Source: Daphnia carinata (Eukaryota). From it: DNA of 64,000 nt. Under the pieces are notes generated by a model. That model was given only the letters and a program-made list of their open reading frames with translations, had not been told where the DNA came from and did not search any database. The translations under genes were made by a program, and so were the position numbers. Positions 1 through 15,359 of this stretch are shown here, one piece after another (position 1 is the stretch's first letter; every line of letters begins with the position of its first letter). The stretch lies in NCBI RefSeq assembly GCF_022539665.2, contig NC_081331.1:9734001-9798000 (forward strand). Reading direction: 5' to 3'.

Positions 1-3000
1 GATTTCTTATCTATTTAAAACAAAATTTTGTATTTATCTTATACGTGCGTTTATTTAGCTTAGATTCGATGTGTTTTTTTTTCTTTCTTGTTGGGGGTTT
101 CCCTCGTGCTATTAAACTGGCCAACCGCATCTTTTCACACAGTCCGTTCGATTCATAAAATGGCATTACAACATCACGTGTACTCCTTTCTGCTTGATAA
201 GTTAGAAAACAATGGGCAACTGTGGAGTACATTATACGTGTAACTACCCCGACCTTTCCTGTCCTTTTTTTTATGCTCTTCTGGCGGTATGTACGTTTGT
301 ATGATAATGGAATGACTTTCACAGCAAGAGTGATAACCATCCGTCAGATGAGATGGACACATCAAACATTTTTTCGGGTAGTTACACTTGGAAATATCGC
401 TGGCGTTCGTTCATTTCCCTATCGTGAGTGTTCATAAAAGAATTCAAAAAATAAAAAGAACCTTAGTGGTGGGCTCGGGCATCAGATTACATTCACGGTT
501 AGCTATCAAGTTAAAGCGAAAGTATTCCACCATGTTATTTTTCTATTAGTGGTACGACACCATAAAAATTGCTGGCAATAGTAATAAACTAATCTTTTTT
601 TTTTCTCCTACAAAATATTCATGTGTATTTTTGAAAAAAAAAGGTATATGAGGTGTACTTAAATGCATCTAACGTTCCATTTGTCCTTCTTGCTTCCGTT
701 CCGTTTCATCGTGCAAGCGTGGAAAGTGAAAGCTGAAAAGCAACGATTACTGTAGGGGATAGACACAATTACCGAAGGACGTCAACCTCTTTCATTTTGA
801 AAAACTTTTCAAGTATAGCGTTGCAAAAAAAAGGCCATCTTTTTCTATCTTCCGTCTAGCGAAGCACGTAGATTTTTTTGCACGTAAGGTATTCTCCCAT
901 TGAAATTCGCCAGCTTTCTCCTCATAAATATTTATGTATTCCCTTTTTTTGGCTTATTCTGACCTACGTGTTTTGCAGCTTGCCAAAGGGGGAAACACGG
1001 TTAGCTTTGGTGTTAGTGGTGGTCATCGAAAGAATTTTAATGGGTGAATTTGCTGACTTTCTCCATAATTAAAATGGTTCTTTTTTTTCCAATCCAATTA
1101 GCGCTACAGAAAGAAAAATGACCTTTCTCATTCCCACCGTTACTATGTTTACATCTTACAACTTAATATTCTATTCAGAAAAGGGCTTTCATCGCTGGCG
1201 GGGGTATGCTCTGAAGTCACGTTGGCGATACAACGTTAATGGGGGTGCGGTTCCAAAACGAAAATTGTCGCATCTTAATCTGCACGAGTTACCCAACCTG
1301 TCATCTGGATCGTGTAATAGAAAACGTGTGGCAGACCGTTGTGTTTTTCAGACCGAAACAGAATAATCGCTTCACGCAAAACGGACGAAAAAAGAGTTTT
1401 ACTGACGACTAAAAAAGGCATTTGAAGTAGAACTGTATATACTTGAAAAACACGAACTTTCCAGGCTCATATGTACGTGGATGATCGTTGATGTGCGTAA
1501 CAACCTGCTTTTTTATGACATAGTATTTTGCTTAGGTCCTTTTTTTTATTAAGCCATGTATGGCTAAATGAGACGTTATGGAACAAGAGCCGTAACTAAA
1601 AACATACTAGCTATGTATAAACATGAATCCGCAAACGTGCACTTTCGTTAGTCAACAACGGGAGCAGCAATAAAAGAAATGCTGGGTTGTTCGGTGAAGC
1701 GCGATGTAGTCAAGCGAGAAATTTAAGCGAGAGTCACTCGTCTTCTATAGAGGACCTTCTAACACTTTCACTTCTTTCGACCCAAAAACTTACTATTACA
1801 GTAAGCACGCTCGGCAGACTCACGATGGTCGCCTTGCCGACTAGTCTGATGACGAAGCTTGAACAGAATCACGCGTGATGTCATTGAAGTGGCGGACGTT
1901 TCGCTTGTTAACACCTATCATGGTGGATGTTCGTAATAAACAGGCTGGACTCTTAAAATTTTATTTCTACAAAAAGCTGAATGATAAAGAAAAGGACACA
2001 TTAAAGAAGAAAAAAATGTAGTATAGACAAACATGAAAGGCTCACGTACGCAACGTGGAAAGGCCAATGATAAGCGCGTCGGAATTAAGGCCCATGGTAT
2101 TTAACGAGCCAGGATTTTTAAAAAGAGGTTTACTCGCACATAAAGAAAGCTAGAATTCCAGATCAGTGATCACGATTGTCATATTCCCGCGTCCCACGGT
2201 GATGACAAGTTGATTTCTCAAACAATAAAAAGGTTAACGTGACTGGGCGTTTTATATCAAACCATTCGTTGTTTATTTGATAAACATAAATGCAACTTGA
2301 ATCAGGCTTGGCTGAAATATTACAACTTTTGGTTAAACTAGGCTGTTATAAGTAGGCACATTTACATTTAGATTCCAAATTGCTTATTGGAATTTCATTA
2401 ATTGCTCGACCGCAACAGCACTCAGCAAATAAACCAAGCTGTAGTTAACAAGCCTGTCAACATTGTGGTTACGGTTTGCCACGTGTAGGTGGTTTCGATA
2501 GCTTCTTTGTTTCACCCATTTCATTTGATACTGAAGGAAGGCATAGTGAAGGCCAACTATTTTTAAACTGGAAAATGCTAGATCACCGATGAACTTTGTT
2601 TTCAAGGTCTTCCAGTAACCCCCCTAACTTACCCTTCTTCTTCCTACAGGTGACTTTCTCTCGTTACATGTGCACTTTATGTTTGTTTGCGAACAACAAG
2701 AACAAAACATTTTTTTTTAACGGCAACGTTTGCGTTCGGCGAAAAGTCATTAAGTTTGTTATGACAACACTTTAGCTAAACCACAATCTCGTTGTGGCGT
2801 TGTAGTTTTTTCAATGAGAAGTTGCTTTCCAATTGAACAACATTTTGAAAATTAATGATGTTCCAGCAGCCGTGCGGCACCGTAACGCTAACGAATGAAA
2901 TGAATCATCGTCGTTCTCAGGATCTGGAGCATTTTGTGAAAAGAAATGTATTATTTACAATGTTTGGTTATGACCTCTCAGACGAGGAATAATCACAATA

Positions 3001-6000
3001 TGAAAACCAATACCCTTTGCCATAGTAAGCGACTGTAGTGAGAACCCAAATACAGCCAAGCTTTAAATTTATTTTCAAACCAAATATGGTAAAATGAACC
3101 CCTCGTCGTATTTCTGGAAAAATAGAAGGGAAAAAACTAGTTTTTTTTTTAATACAAATAATTTCAAGTGAAAGCTTGTACACCATTACAGAGCTTGGGG
3201 TCACTTTTTACCTGTATACTTGACGTACCTGAATTTTGCACGCTCCATCTGCTATGCATTCTTTCGCGTGAAATAAAAAAGGTGGAAAACCCTACACACT
3301 AAGACCGAAAGTACTTTTAAAGTGATAACTTTCCCTTGAGACATTCTTTTTAATTAAAAAAAAATATATACGACACTTTAGTCCATTTGCCGGGGTCAAA
3401 CCTTTGGTTAACATGTTATGGCCACTATATCATTTTCGGACATGTTTTCTTTTACTAAACAACTCAGAGGTATACAGGTTCGATTGTCTCCTTTTTTATC
3501 CACGTTGTCTATGTAGTTAATGCTCTGGCTCTAGACGTGCAATGACCGAAGCAATCGACGCTTTGTACAAGTCGTGGCCTTCAGCGTTTGCGACACACAT
3601 GTTTCAACCCACGTAAGTTATTTAATAGTGTACCAAACACGTTTTTTTCTAGAAATAACAAACAATCGAACATTAGCAAACAATGAAACTTCGAGAGTTG
3701 AGACGTTGAGAAGACAGGATTGATTGTTTTACATGACTGCTGGAACAGCGGACAGGCAAGTAGCCCCAAAATGGTAGCCTACCTTTCACTTTAACCTGCT
3801 TTCCGCTTTATTACTTTAACCTCTCTGATGGAAGGTAAAGTACGTTTTTTTTTATCTCACGGAAACATCCTCCTTCTTCAACTGCGCATTTTTTTTCTTG
3901 ACCTATTTTGAACCATGACCTATTTGTCCTTCATCCGTTTTTTATTTTGGAAGCTCAAAACAATTGTCTCTTCATTTTTCTTGCCAGTTGACAATCGTTT
4001 TCTTTGTCACTTACCCTGACCTTACTTGAGAAACCTACGCTTGCCCTCCTAGATATGATGATGAGATTTAAGTTACTAAAAGGTAGCTTAACTATCTTGA
4101 ATTTCTCTCACAGGTTTCGGTCCCTTAAACTTTGTTTTCATAAATTTTAATCAATTCATAACCACGCGAGCCCCCGGAAGCCATTGTCTCTTCTCAATTT
4201 TCGCATTCTTCTTGATTGTAATGTTGTTTCCTAATACTGTAGTGCTATCACGTTTTGAATATTGAACTTGCTTGTAAAACAGAGAGTAGTGGCTTTTCGA
4301 CGAAAAATAAGATATCGAGTTCTAAAGCGTGAAGATTACATCAAGATATAGCTTTCTAATATATTCATGAATATGTTATTGTAGTGTAGGTCACATTAGT
4401 TTTGAATGTAATCGGGAATTCGTGTATCCGATAGATTTATTCTGCCTTTAGCGGCTGAAGATCCTTTATTACGCTAACTTACCGTGTGTGATGCCAGCGT
4501 CGTACCACGCCTTAAATAAAATTTTTTAATAATGGGACAAAAAAAATATATAAGCTCACAATAACATCTAACGATTCTTGGCAGTTGGGTAAAACATCAA
4601 TAATTAGAGCGCATCGATAGCCGCAAAGGTATAAGAATTTAATTTTAACGACGCACCGCAAACACCGCAGACACCGCAATGAGGTAGACAGTCAAAAGCG
4701 TGTAATCACGCATTTCTAAGTTAGTCTATGCTATACACGACGATCATTTTCTGGAGTTCGTATGCCTGTAAGGATGCTCTGTACATCCCTATGTATATAC
4801 AGGAAGATAAAACGATGCAACGGTCAAACGCTATTCCTCGAAAATGTAATTTTTAATTCAAAGAAAGAGTTGAAATATTCCTGGAGGAATAGGTTAATGC
4901 AGAGGCCAGCTTTCTAACGTTTGTTTAGAAGCTGGCTTTTCTCGACTGTTTTGTTACAGACAACACAATTATTTTTTGTGGCTTCGATTGTGACAAGTTA
5001 AAAACTATGACAGCGACAGATTGCCAAAAATGCCGACGTTTGCGAAAGAAATCTGGTTTGATAAGCGGAATGAAACGTGTAGAATTTAGACAACAATGAC
5101 TCGTGTGCGAACAAAGCAAAAGAGTCGGAGAACAGCCCTTAAGGTGTGTGTCCTTTAGCGCACGAAAGTTCTCACTCACGAGCGCAAAAACGAACCAGAC
5201 GATCCGAATTTTTGTTCCGGCAAATGCGGCCCTTTTAAGTGCGTGTAACATCTGCAACATTTCGTGATGTAAGGAATGTGTTTATCCTTTCTTTTTTTTG
5301 CTCGCTATTAAGTCCAGCACATTATAGACTTCTCCAATGTTTGGGCCTTTCTCTGTTAACGTCATTAGCTCTTCTTACGTTTCCTCGGGCGTGAACGAAA
5401 AATAAAAAAAAGCGCATCGCATCAAAGTGAAAAGAGCGTAAAAAAAGAAATAACAATACAAAATCGATAATAGGTCAAGAATGTAACGCCCTAACCCAGT
5501 AAAGAAAAAAAAAGAAAATAAATTTTTCTATAGTAAATCGTTTCAATCGTTGCGACATCGTTTATAAATCTATAGTTATGGAAGCGGGTCGGGAAGACAC
5601 GCGTCTAACGGGAAAAATAAAAGGGGGACGTGGACTAGACGGAAAAAAAAAAAAAAAAAAAGAAACATGTCGAGAAAGTGCAGTTTTCTCGGCTATTGAC
5701 GTAGCGTACGGTTATATACGTTTCTAGCCAAAATGTTTGTGAATGTATATAGTATGGAAAAAGTTCCGGGGAAAACCTAGCGGCTATAGAAGGATTGCGT
5801 GCTGGGCTACTTCAACCACGGATGACTTGTTCCACTTTCCCTACCAACCCCCCCCCCCCTTCATGTTTCTTTCATCTTTTTTCGTTTTTCTTTTTAAGTG
5901 CAACATTCGCATTAATGGAAAACAAAAGTTTCTGCAATTGCCAACATAATGAGCTTCATATTCGTCTAAATCGGCTTTAAAGGCATGTGTCGCTTTTGTG

Positions 6001-8253
6001 GTTATTGATGTGTCATGCTACTTTTCATTCACATCCCGCCTTCCATCTCGTTTTTATTTTTTCTTAAATTTTATTCTTTTGTTTTTTTCTATGTTTTCGA
6101 TTGCCATGTTTTTGACAGCTTAGCCTCGATCGTCAGCACTCCTCCGAGCAGAACGCGGTACGTTTAAAAATGTCCCATTTCATTCGACGAACGTGTTAAA
6201 GATGTTGGCCATAAATCACTGGATGAAATTGAGGACACGACAAAATTTGAACTTAAATACTTTATTTTAGGAGGTCATAGTGAAACTACACCTCCATTTT
6301 AGACGCATTTGAATTCAACGTGAATTAATGTGACGACCGTGAGGTTGCCGAAGCGTAGCTTTCTTGTTCCCTTGGATTCGTATTATCCTGGTGAGGAAGG
6401 TCGAATTGAATGTACAGGATAAAAATCGATCATAAATTATTTTCATTTTCCCGTCAGCATTGATTACATTTTAGTTTAAACGTAGAACAACAAGTTGAAG
6501 GGGAAAAACGCGCAATGGATGGGTTCATACTATATATCCTGAGGTGTAACATATTTCCATAATGATATCAGGGCTGATGTGAAAGCGAATCCCAGGGTGA
6601 AAAAAAAAGTGAATGACAATGTCCCTGAAGCTGTTTCACAAATGAAAATGAAATTGGGGGAATACGATACGGCATCTTTTCATTGACGGAAATTATGTGA
6701 ATCGAATAAATGTGTCTGGAACACACACACACACAGAAAAAAAAATGGTGAGATATAGAGTCTTTAATAAATACACAGGTGAAAGCCGGTGGGTTTACTA
6801 GGGAAATACCCCAACCAGAAAAGAACAATGGAAGAATTTAATTTCCACATTTTGGTTTCTTATATCGTGAGTTATAGCACTTCAACATCACGCTATCTCA
6901 GAAACGCTTTTTTTTTTCTTCTTATACGATCATATCAGCCCTGAAGGTATCAACTTTCGTTTTCATCTAGATGCTGTTGCCTGCCCAATGCGTCAGTCTT
7001 TCCAGTGATATGCAATCGAATGAAACAAAACAGAAAAACAGTGCGAAAAGTAACGCTGTTAGGACACACCCACTTGGGGTCACTCAACCGGAAATATGTC
7101 ATCAAAAATGGAGTCGTAGTAGAGAAACTATACATGGTCAAGCTGGCTAGCGTTAGCCTCATTTCTCACCATGTTGATGTTGTTATTTTTTTTTGCTGTT
7201 GTGTGGCACACTTTATTGTACTAACGCGTCGTAGACTCACGCAGCCAAACACGCGCGTTGGGCGTTCACGTTCAAAAATAGACTGACGTGCGCGCTAGAT
7301 TTCCTTAAATTGAAACGCTTTTTATGCGTGATTTTTTTAAAATGTAAAGTCGGCTGTGTTACAGTAGCTTGTGAAATTTGCGAATATGCGTAATGAGACA
7401 GGAAAACAAGGAAGATTGAGGTAAAGAGGCCACAGGGTCTCTCAGGATCTTGCTAGAACCACAATAAGCTGCTGTAACAAAAATCTTTTTCTTAATGTTT
7501 TTGGGAAGCTGAGCATTCCCATACGTCAGTTGATATTTTAGGTTCATTAAGTACCAATACAGCCATTGGCGGAAAATTCTATTGAAAGGCATTCAAAGCT
7601 GTCACGTCCAAATACAAACGGAAATTTCTTCGGCAAACCCTTTATGGGTCTATATATACCTAAGGCGGACAGCTTTGCCAATTTCGCTTTTTGCATTAAA
7701 CATAGCGAAAGGTAAGTGAACCCTGAAAGTCTTTGTTTCCCTAAGAAAAACAAAGAACAATTTTAGGATGGGCTTTTATATGAAGAAAGTTTTCTCCTAG
7801 TTAATTGACAAGTGAAAAAAAAAAAAAAGAAAATACACTTTTATCAGTTGTTCTGCAAAGCGCTTAAGTTAATGTGTCATTTCTCCGACTTTCCCAACAA
7901 TGGAATAGTCATGTAAGGGAGAGTGTGCGACAGTTGGATCCGCAACGTGAAAGAGAAATCAAGTTAATCAATCAAATTTGGCAGGATCAAATAAATTATA
8001 TTTAACGTTCGCAACAATAAATCGAAAATAACTTGAACAATTTAGTTTTGACAACATGGGTTTGTGCTTCTAAAAAAAAAGAAAGGGCACTAGAACTTTG
8101 ATGTCTTTTCTCTTAAATAGATTTCTCATTATGAACTGACTTTTAAACACGTACTGGAAACCATTCGGATAAGAATCGCAGAGTATTTTTGAGTTTGCCC
8201 TTGGATGGGTTCATAAAATGCGGAACGCAGGGCCATTTACTTATGTCCGTCGT

Positions 8254-10229
8254 TCAATTCCAATAGCTGCTGGGCAATGCTGGAGATAGGAAACCTAAAT
8301 CGACAGCTGTTGCTGTGCTGCCCGATTTGACATCGGGAAGATCCGTAATTTTCGATTCTTTCGATTGCAATCTGTAATTTTGCGAAGAATATCCTGATCC
8401 TCCTCCACTGTAACTCGGTGGGCTGTACGAAGGTTTCTCGTAGGTAGGTGCGGAATATGAAGGTCCGGGCGGTCCTGGATATCCATCGACACCTGGCTTA
8501 CCACGTGGTCCAATTTGTCCCTCTGGACCTGGAACACCTGGGTAACCCGGTGGTCCTGGTTTTCCTTGAGTGCCTGCCGGCCCCGAAGGTCCGATAGGTC
8601 CTATTGGGCCTTGACGTCCTGGCGTCCCATTGAAACCCGGTGGACCTGATTTACCTTGTGGACCGACTGGACCAGGTTCTCCAGGATAACCTGGAGTGCC
8701 AGTTGGACCTGGTGGGCCCTCTTTACCTGGTTTTCCAGGAAATCCCGGTGCTCCTGATCAGGAAATGCGAAACATTAGTGGAGGGATCAATAATTTGAAT
8801 TCTTTATTATTTACCCGTGTAGCCAGGAGGTCCAACAGGACCAACTGGTCCTACGGGACCGGGGAACCCGTCTTTTCCTGGTGTTCCATTGTATCCAGGA
8901 TCTCCTTTAGGTCCTCTCGGTCCAGGAACTTTGCTCGGTGCTCCGGGATATCCGTCTTTTCCGGGAGTACCTGGCAGTCCATTGTATCCTGCATCTCCTT
9001 TTGGCCCGGCTTTCCCGGGGTAACCTGGAAGTCCATCTTTGCCAGGATAACCAGCTGGACCAACGGGACCTACTGGCCCTAACGATCCTTTTGGACCAGG
9101 CCCGCCAGGCAATCCTGGAAAGCCATCTTTACCGGGATACCCAGCAGGACCCACAGAGCCCGGACGTCCTTCTTTACCAGGACGACCTTGTTGGAATTAA
9201 AAATATGTGTGTGTTAAACAAAATCATAAACCATCATGTGTTTGTAAAGATATAACGGACGTAGCAGCAGGGAAAACTGACCTGGGTATCCAATATCTCC
9301 TTTGGCTCCAACCGGTCCTGGCCCTCCGGGCAAGCCATCCTTTCCGTTATAACCAGGAGGTCCAATCAATCCAGGTGGTCCAGCTTTACCTGGGTAACCT
9401 GCAGATAATATAAGAGATAAGCCGTTGCTAGTTAAAAGACTGTGCCAAAAAAGGAAGTACCTCTTTCTCCAGGAATGCCTTGTTTTCCAGGAATTCCATC
9501 GTAGCCAGGTAGTCCTCTTTCGCCCGCTAGTCCCCTCGGGCCGGGAGATCCGTTTTTACCTGGGTATCCAGGTGCACCAATAGCACCAGGATAGCCTGGA
9601 GCACCTGTGTCACCTTTATAGCCCGCTGGACCAGGTGGACCTGGAGGGCCGGGTGGCCCGGGAAGATACTTCGGCTTCTCGTAGCCCCCACCACCATAGC
9701 CTCCTCCTCCTCCTCCTCGGTATCCACCTCCACCATGTCCACCACCTCCATATCGTCCTTCTTCAGCGTACTCTCCATCTTTTTTTTAAATGTAATTATC
9801 TCATCAAAAAACTTAAACATTTCATCTTTTCATTTGCACACCTCGTCCAACTTCTATGCCGAAAGAAGATCCTGGTGGACCGGGAGGGCCAGGTGGTCCA
9901 GGAGGACCTTTCAGCCATGGTAAGTAATCAAAAAAGCGTTCCCACTGTTCTTGTATTTTCTGAATGTTAGCTCTTTCTGCAGCTGGATAAGCATCCGGAT
10001 CCGAACCGTAAGGATTTAAGGATGCCCATTCATCTCTTGAAATCGGAATTTTATCAATAGGCTTTCGTCGAGGGGTGGCCGTTGCAAGTGAAAGAAATGT
10101 CGTCACCAATAGCGTTGCCTTAATCTATTAAGAACATTACAGTCAATGATTACACCTGCGAAACAGGTAAATTGTTAGTCACGGTAAGGTGCTATAAGCT
10201 AAACTAACCAGCACGTTAATGGCAGACAT
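8254..10229 (-). CDS. Secreted short collagen-like protein, cluster gene 1
   Basis: Exons (minus) 10229-10209, 10124(or 10118)-9842, 9778-9461, 9398-9282, 9186-8815, 8753-8254, all GT-AG and in frame. Signal peptide [23 protein letters not shown], then the motif [18 protein letters not shown], a Gly/Tyr-rich segment, long Gly-X-Y repeats and a Ser/Tyr-rich tail ending SSYWN-TGA. Confidence 0.88.
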
Positions 10230-13200
10230 TTTGACACAGTTCGGCTGGCTTGGTGGTCAACGGTTGAATAGCACAGCACTTGGTTACGTCCCTGCCTTTT
10301 GAAAAAAAAAAAACAAAAAAAAAAAACGTGTAAAAGGAATAAAGCTTGCTATTACAGCACAATTTAGTACGATCGGTGAGTGGAACAACATAACGTTTTG
10401 TATGCCTTGCGGTGCAAAAGCAGCTACACGTACGTGCGTATGAATTTACGTAGTGTCCTTAACATTACTCCGTCCATGTTTCTATTTTTGTCAGCGTAAA
10501 TCCCAAAACCTCGATGTTAAATAGAACAAACTGATGAGCTTAACACCTTTAGTAAGAGGTTATGTCGATAGTTTAAAGTTAAAAATTGAGTATGCGAAAA
10601 TAGTAATAACATTGACCGTTGGCTACGAATATTCCAAGGCACGTGCGTGAACTTTAAGAATCGCACAACAGTATTCTAAAGGTCATTTCCTTGAATTTGG
10701 CATTTAACACGGAGAAGATATAATACCAAAATGAATAATAGGAAATTGTTTCTTAATAAATACAGAAATATGATTTATGAGATAGTGTGATTATGATTTC
10801 CCTAATACTTCGTCACAAACAAATTAGTGTACGAGTTTAGGAATTCTACTTGCGGATGATGCACAGGTATACGAGAATGACGAAGCACATATCCAATTAG
10901 CGCACGTAACGTGTGTCAAAAACGAAAATGTCTTCTTGTACTTGAGAGGTATTTGGATGAAAATCTGATTCTCTAGTACGTACCTCACTGGGAAAAGAGT
11001 CTGAATGTTGTACCACGAACTGCCTGCAGTTTGGCACTGACTAGGGCTGAGAGACCATCGGCCGTTTAAGTAGGTGACGCCTTACGATGAAGAGATGAAA
11101 AAATTCCCGCGACGCTCACGTAGCTTCTGGTGCACCTCGTAATAAACACCGATTGTTCCAAAAGAATAGGGGCGATCTGCCGGACGGAGGACCCCCACCT
11201 GGAGCTTCAAAACAGCGTCCATATCCTAGCGGAATAGACATCGTTCACCGGCTTTTTATTCTTAACCTAATCGCCAATAAAATTCTCTCATGGACTGTAA
11301 CCACTTCCTCAAATACCGTAGACCCTTGACAAAAGTAGTGCACGTGTTAGTAAATGTGTTTCTGATTTATCGTTTGTTTCGTGTTCTTTGTTTGCTCGAT
11401 TTCTGAAACAGATTTGGTTGAACACCTGATAAAAGGAACCTACGGGATAAGCAAAAAAAAAAATATGTAAAATACGGTTAAATTCGATTACGGAAAAGCT
11501 AGTAAATTAAAAACTCAACGAAGCGTTTAAGTGCTTACCCATTGACTTCAGCTGGAACCGTTTGCCCACACGCCGCTGGTAAAAAAACAAAAAACATTTC
11601 GCGTGACCGCGGACGTGCTAAAATCTTATGTAAATTTTCAGCTGCTGGGCGTTTGTTTCGTCACATTCATTTGATTTTCGATTTTTTCCTGCCAAGTTTT
11701 TTTTTTAAATTACTATTAAAGATTAGAAAAAGACCGTACACAATGACAAATGACTTACTACAATTATATGTGGATTCCCCCGAATTACAGAGGGTGTGCA
11801 GAGACTGTTGAGATGCGCGTTACCGTACGATGCGGAACAAGCTACGCAACAGGAATCCTCTTATGAATAGCCAGTCTGCCGTGTAGAGTTTGTATAGGTA
11901 GTATGTAACCCAGTGTGTTTACCGTTATACCCCGCCGGTGAGAATACAATACCCTGCTCCAGAATTGGAATTTTTATACACGTATACATTTCTATACATT
12001 TGCGGGTGGAGGGGAGGGGGGAGATAAGTAATTGACGGAACACGAAATCATGGGGTGAAAAATCAGATGGGATAATTTTTAAATCACATCAGAAGAAATG
12101 AAATTGAGGATAGCTGTGCGGTTGTACACTTGATGAATCCGGTGTTCTATTTTGAACGGCGCCAATTTTAAACGTCAATTTTTTTGCTTGATCATTTTGG
12201 CTGTCCTCATATGGGAGCAGGCGGACAAAAGCGGTTTAACACGCAGTAAATATAGGTTACTCTATGATGGTTACACCTATTAGTCCAACTGTACATCTCT
12301 CTCTCTCTTTTTACGACGATGCATGCAATGATTCTTTTTAAGACGTAATTGAGAGAGAAATCTAGGTGATTCAGCAATCTAAATGTGACGACGGAGAAAT
12401 CTTGTCCTTCTTAATTCATGCGACTATTTTCAGTCGATCTAGATGAAAATCATTATCGCAACTTGTTTCTTGTCTCGCCATAAGAGCCCAGCTCCGGTTC
12501 GTAATAAATTCATATTAGCTTTGAAAAAAAAACAAAAATGCGATCCGCTATGCTATCTCGTCTTCTGGTTACCTAATGCAACTGGTCACGAATTCATAAC
12601 AGTTACGTGACTGGCCAACCGGTACCAGCAATAGAAGAGACGTGAAGCGTACGACCGTCAGCAAGTCCACCATATGTTGCACACACCATTCACGGCTATT
12701 GACAAGAAAAGAGACAGGGCATGCTGAAGCTATCTTGGGGATGACTTAGCCGTCTTCACTCAGACAGACAGCAACGCCACAGGTATACAGCAAAAATGGT
12801 TCCTGAAAAGCGAAAAAAACAAACAAACAACATTGGAAGAGAAAGCTTATAACAGTAAGTTGGTAATCGAAGCCTAATTTGAAATTTCGCTTTAAATGAA
12901 ACTATACGGTACAGACCCGTAGGATCATCGCAAACGTTTAAATTGAAGACTGACATCCTTGATCGATCTCGCCCCTAGTTTGTAATTCGAGAAAGTCTTG
13001 TTCAAGTTCGCATTACGCCCTTTTCGAGATACGTATTTGGAGTGTAGATACGTAAAGATTCAAGGCGCCAGGTATGTATAAGAAAAGGTAATATAAAAGC
13101 TAGAGGGCGAAACGGACAGGAAAACAAAAAGGACTATGACAAACTGCTATGTTTTCTTTTTAGGTACTTGGCCCGTCGGATAGAACAAGCGATGTTTACC

Positions 13201-15359
13201 CCCTCTTTCTTTTTAGCTTAAGGAAAAATGCTTCTATGATTTTGCTTGCCGCAATTTGCTGTCGAACACATACGAGTACGTTTGCGCAAGATATCGAGAC
13301 ATACGCCCACAGCTGGAATGTTTGTTAAGCTTTCACAAAAAATAAAAATAAATAAGTTAAACGACAAATCGGGGATTTTGTGAGCATACCGTAACAGTTG
13401 TCCAACATTATCACGTTAGTTCTGCTGATTCACTGTAATTTACAGTCAATTTCTTGGAACGTCCAATGATTGACGATTGAGAAAGTAGACTAAGTTCTGC
13501 TCGCGGATGCGAAAACTCGCTCATTGGGTCAAGGAATTTCTTTGCTATTCGAGTGCATCCTTCGAATTTACACCGACATCTCTAGCAGCAAAAATGCACT
13601 ACATCCTTATCATCAGCAATAGCGTTGAAATGCATTGCGTTTTTTATTCGTGTACCGCGCTTTTTCAAGTACCCTTTTTATTAACTTGATTGCACCGAGA
13701 GCTCGGTGATCCGAATACTGCAGAGTTTAAAACCCGTGTTTACGTGGATACCTGCAGACATGGTGAGGTGCGTAACTGTAACAGTTCACAGTCAGTAATA
13801 AAGGCGTGTAAATATCTTCTATCGTGTTGGGGAGTGTCCAACGTCTAAAATGATGCGCCCCCGTATCATATTTGATGTTATACTAAGTCTATTGTTAGTA
13901 ACAAGGACAATAGGGGCCAGGCTATCGTTTGGTTGTTTAGGATTATTATTTCAGAGTACCAATCATCTATCGAAAGTTTTTGAAAAATTCAAAATCGGGC
14001 TTATTTTGTCGGGCTTAAAATTTTGACATAGAATTCGACAGAACCCGCTATAACCCAATTTGAAGGTTGATTGAACATAAGATAATAATTTTACAGTTAA
14101 CCACGTATGTATTTAAATAAAACGTAATCAATGTGCTTGTAGCGAAACCACCTTGAATTTGAATTAACTCACATCACGTTCCTTCAAATGCAAGACTGGT
14201 GCAGTAAGGCTTGGTTTACCAGCATTCCTGTACGTAGTCCCATGAATGATTGAGTAGTTAGTTACGCCCAGTGTCACATCTAGAACAATGCACAACTGCT
14301 TTCTATAGCCATCAATAACTATATTTATCGACGTTTCCTATTTTATAATACGTCAAAAAAAAAATGTCTCTAATACATGCATGGATTATTGATCTCCTCT
14401 GCGATTAGGCTCTATCTGTTTATCTATTCAATTATTATTTTAACGAGCAAAGAACCATTGGCTGTGATGTAGAAGAAATCTGGCCTCCAGTTAACTGACA
14501 TTTCTCTACAAGCATTTTATATTTTTAGTTAACGCGTTCACATTGAAGAATTCACAAGTAAAGGCCATGCGGACCATCAAGCGTCTTGTAACTTTTTATA
14601 GGCTGGAAATACCCAATTCTGTAGACGGCCGAAAGAGGAGAACTTCAACGTACTATGTAGCTTTCTGTTATGTCGTTAACACATTCACAGTAAAAATCAA
14701 GAGAGCGAAACAAATTGAAACAAACTTTGTTGCTTTAGTGTAGGCCAGTGCAAAACTTTCCTCTACGAATATATGTATCTTATAACATCAATTCAAAGAA
14801 TGCATAAAAGTTTCTCCTATGAAAAAAAAAAAAAACGAAAGTATACGCCATCATTTTCCTGTAGGGTCTTTCCCTGATTTTTGCAGCTTAGATTTAACGA
14901 CATTAACTTTCGATCGGGCTGAAGTTTCTAACGTACTTGGAATTTTCCATGCTGTTGATGTATAAGCACATATAATTGGGCGCAGACTTTCCTCTCTGAC
15001 ACCCATAAGTAAAAATGAAAAAGCCTAAAATCAGAATGCCATGACTTGTGTGTGTGTGAAAATCACGTTACGCTATCACCTTTCTCTCACTCGCACTTTT
15101 GCGTGATTGAGTTGTAAAAACTTAATGATAGGTTTACTGTATAAGGAAATTTCGCAAAAGAAACGACATCGCTGTACATATATTGTGTATTTCAAGCAAC
15201 GTAAATCTTTCTGTTAATATCAATCAGTTTGATAATATCGCAAAAAATGTGATTGTAATCCAATGACGATGAGGAACGTAAATGTTTAGTCATAGAATTC
15301 TGTGTAAAATGAATCTTCGTGTTGATACGCTTGTAGGATAGCGTTCGCTCTTCACTTGT

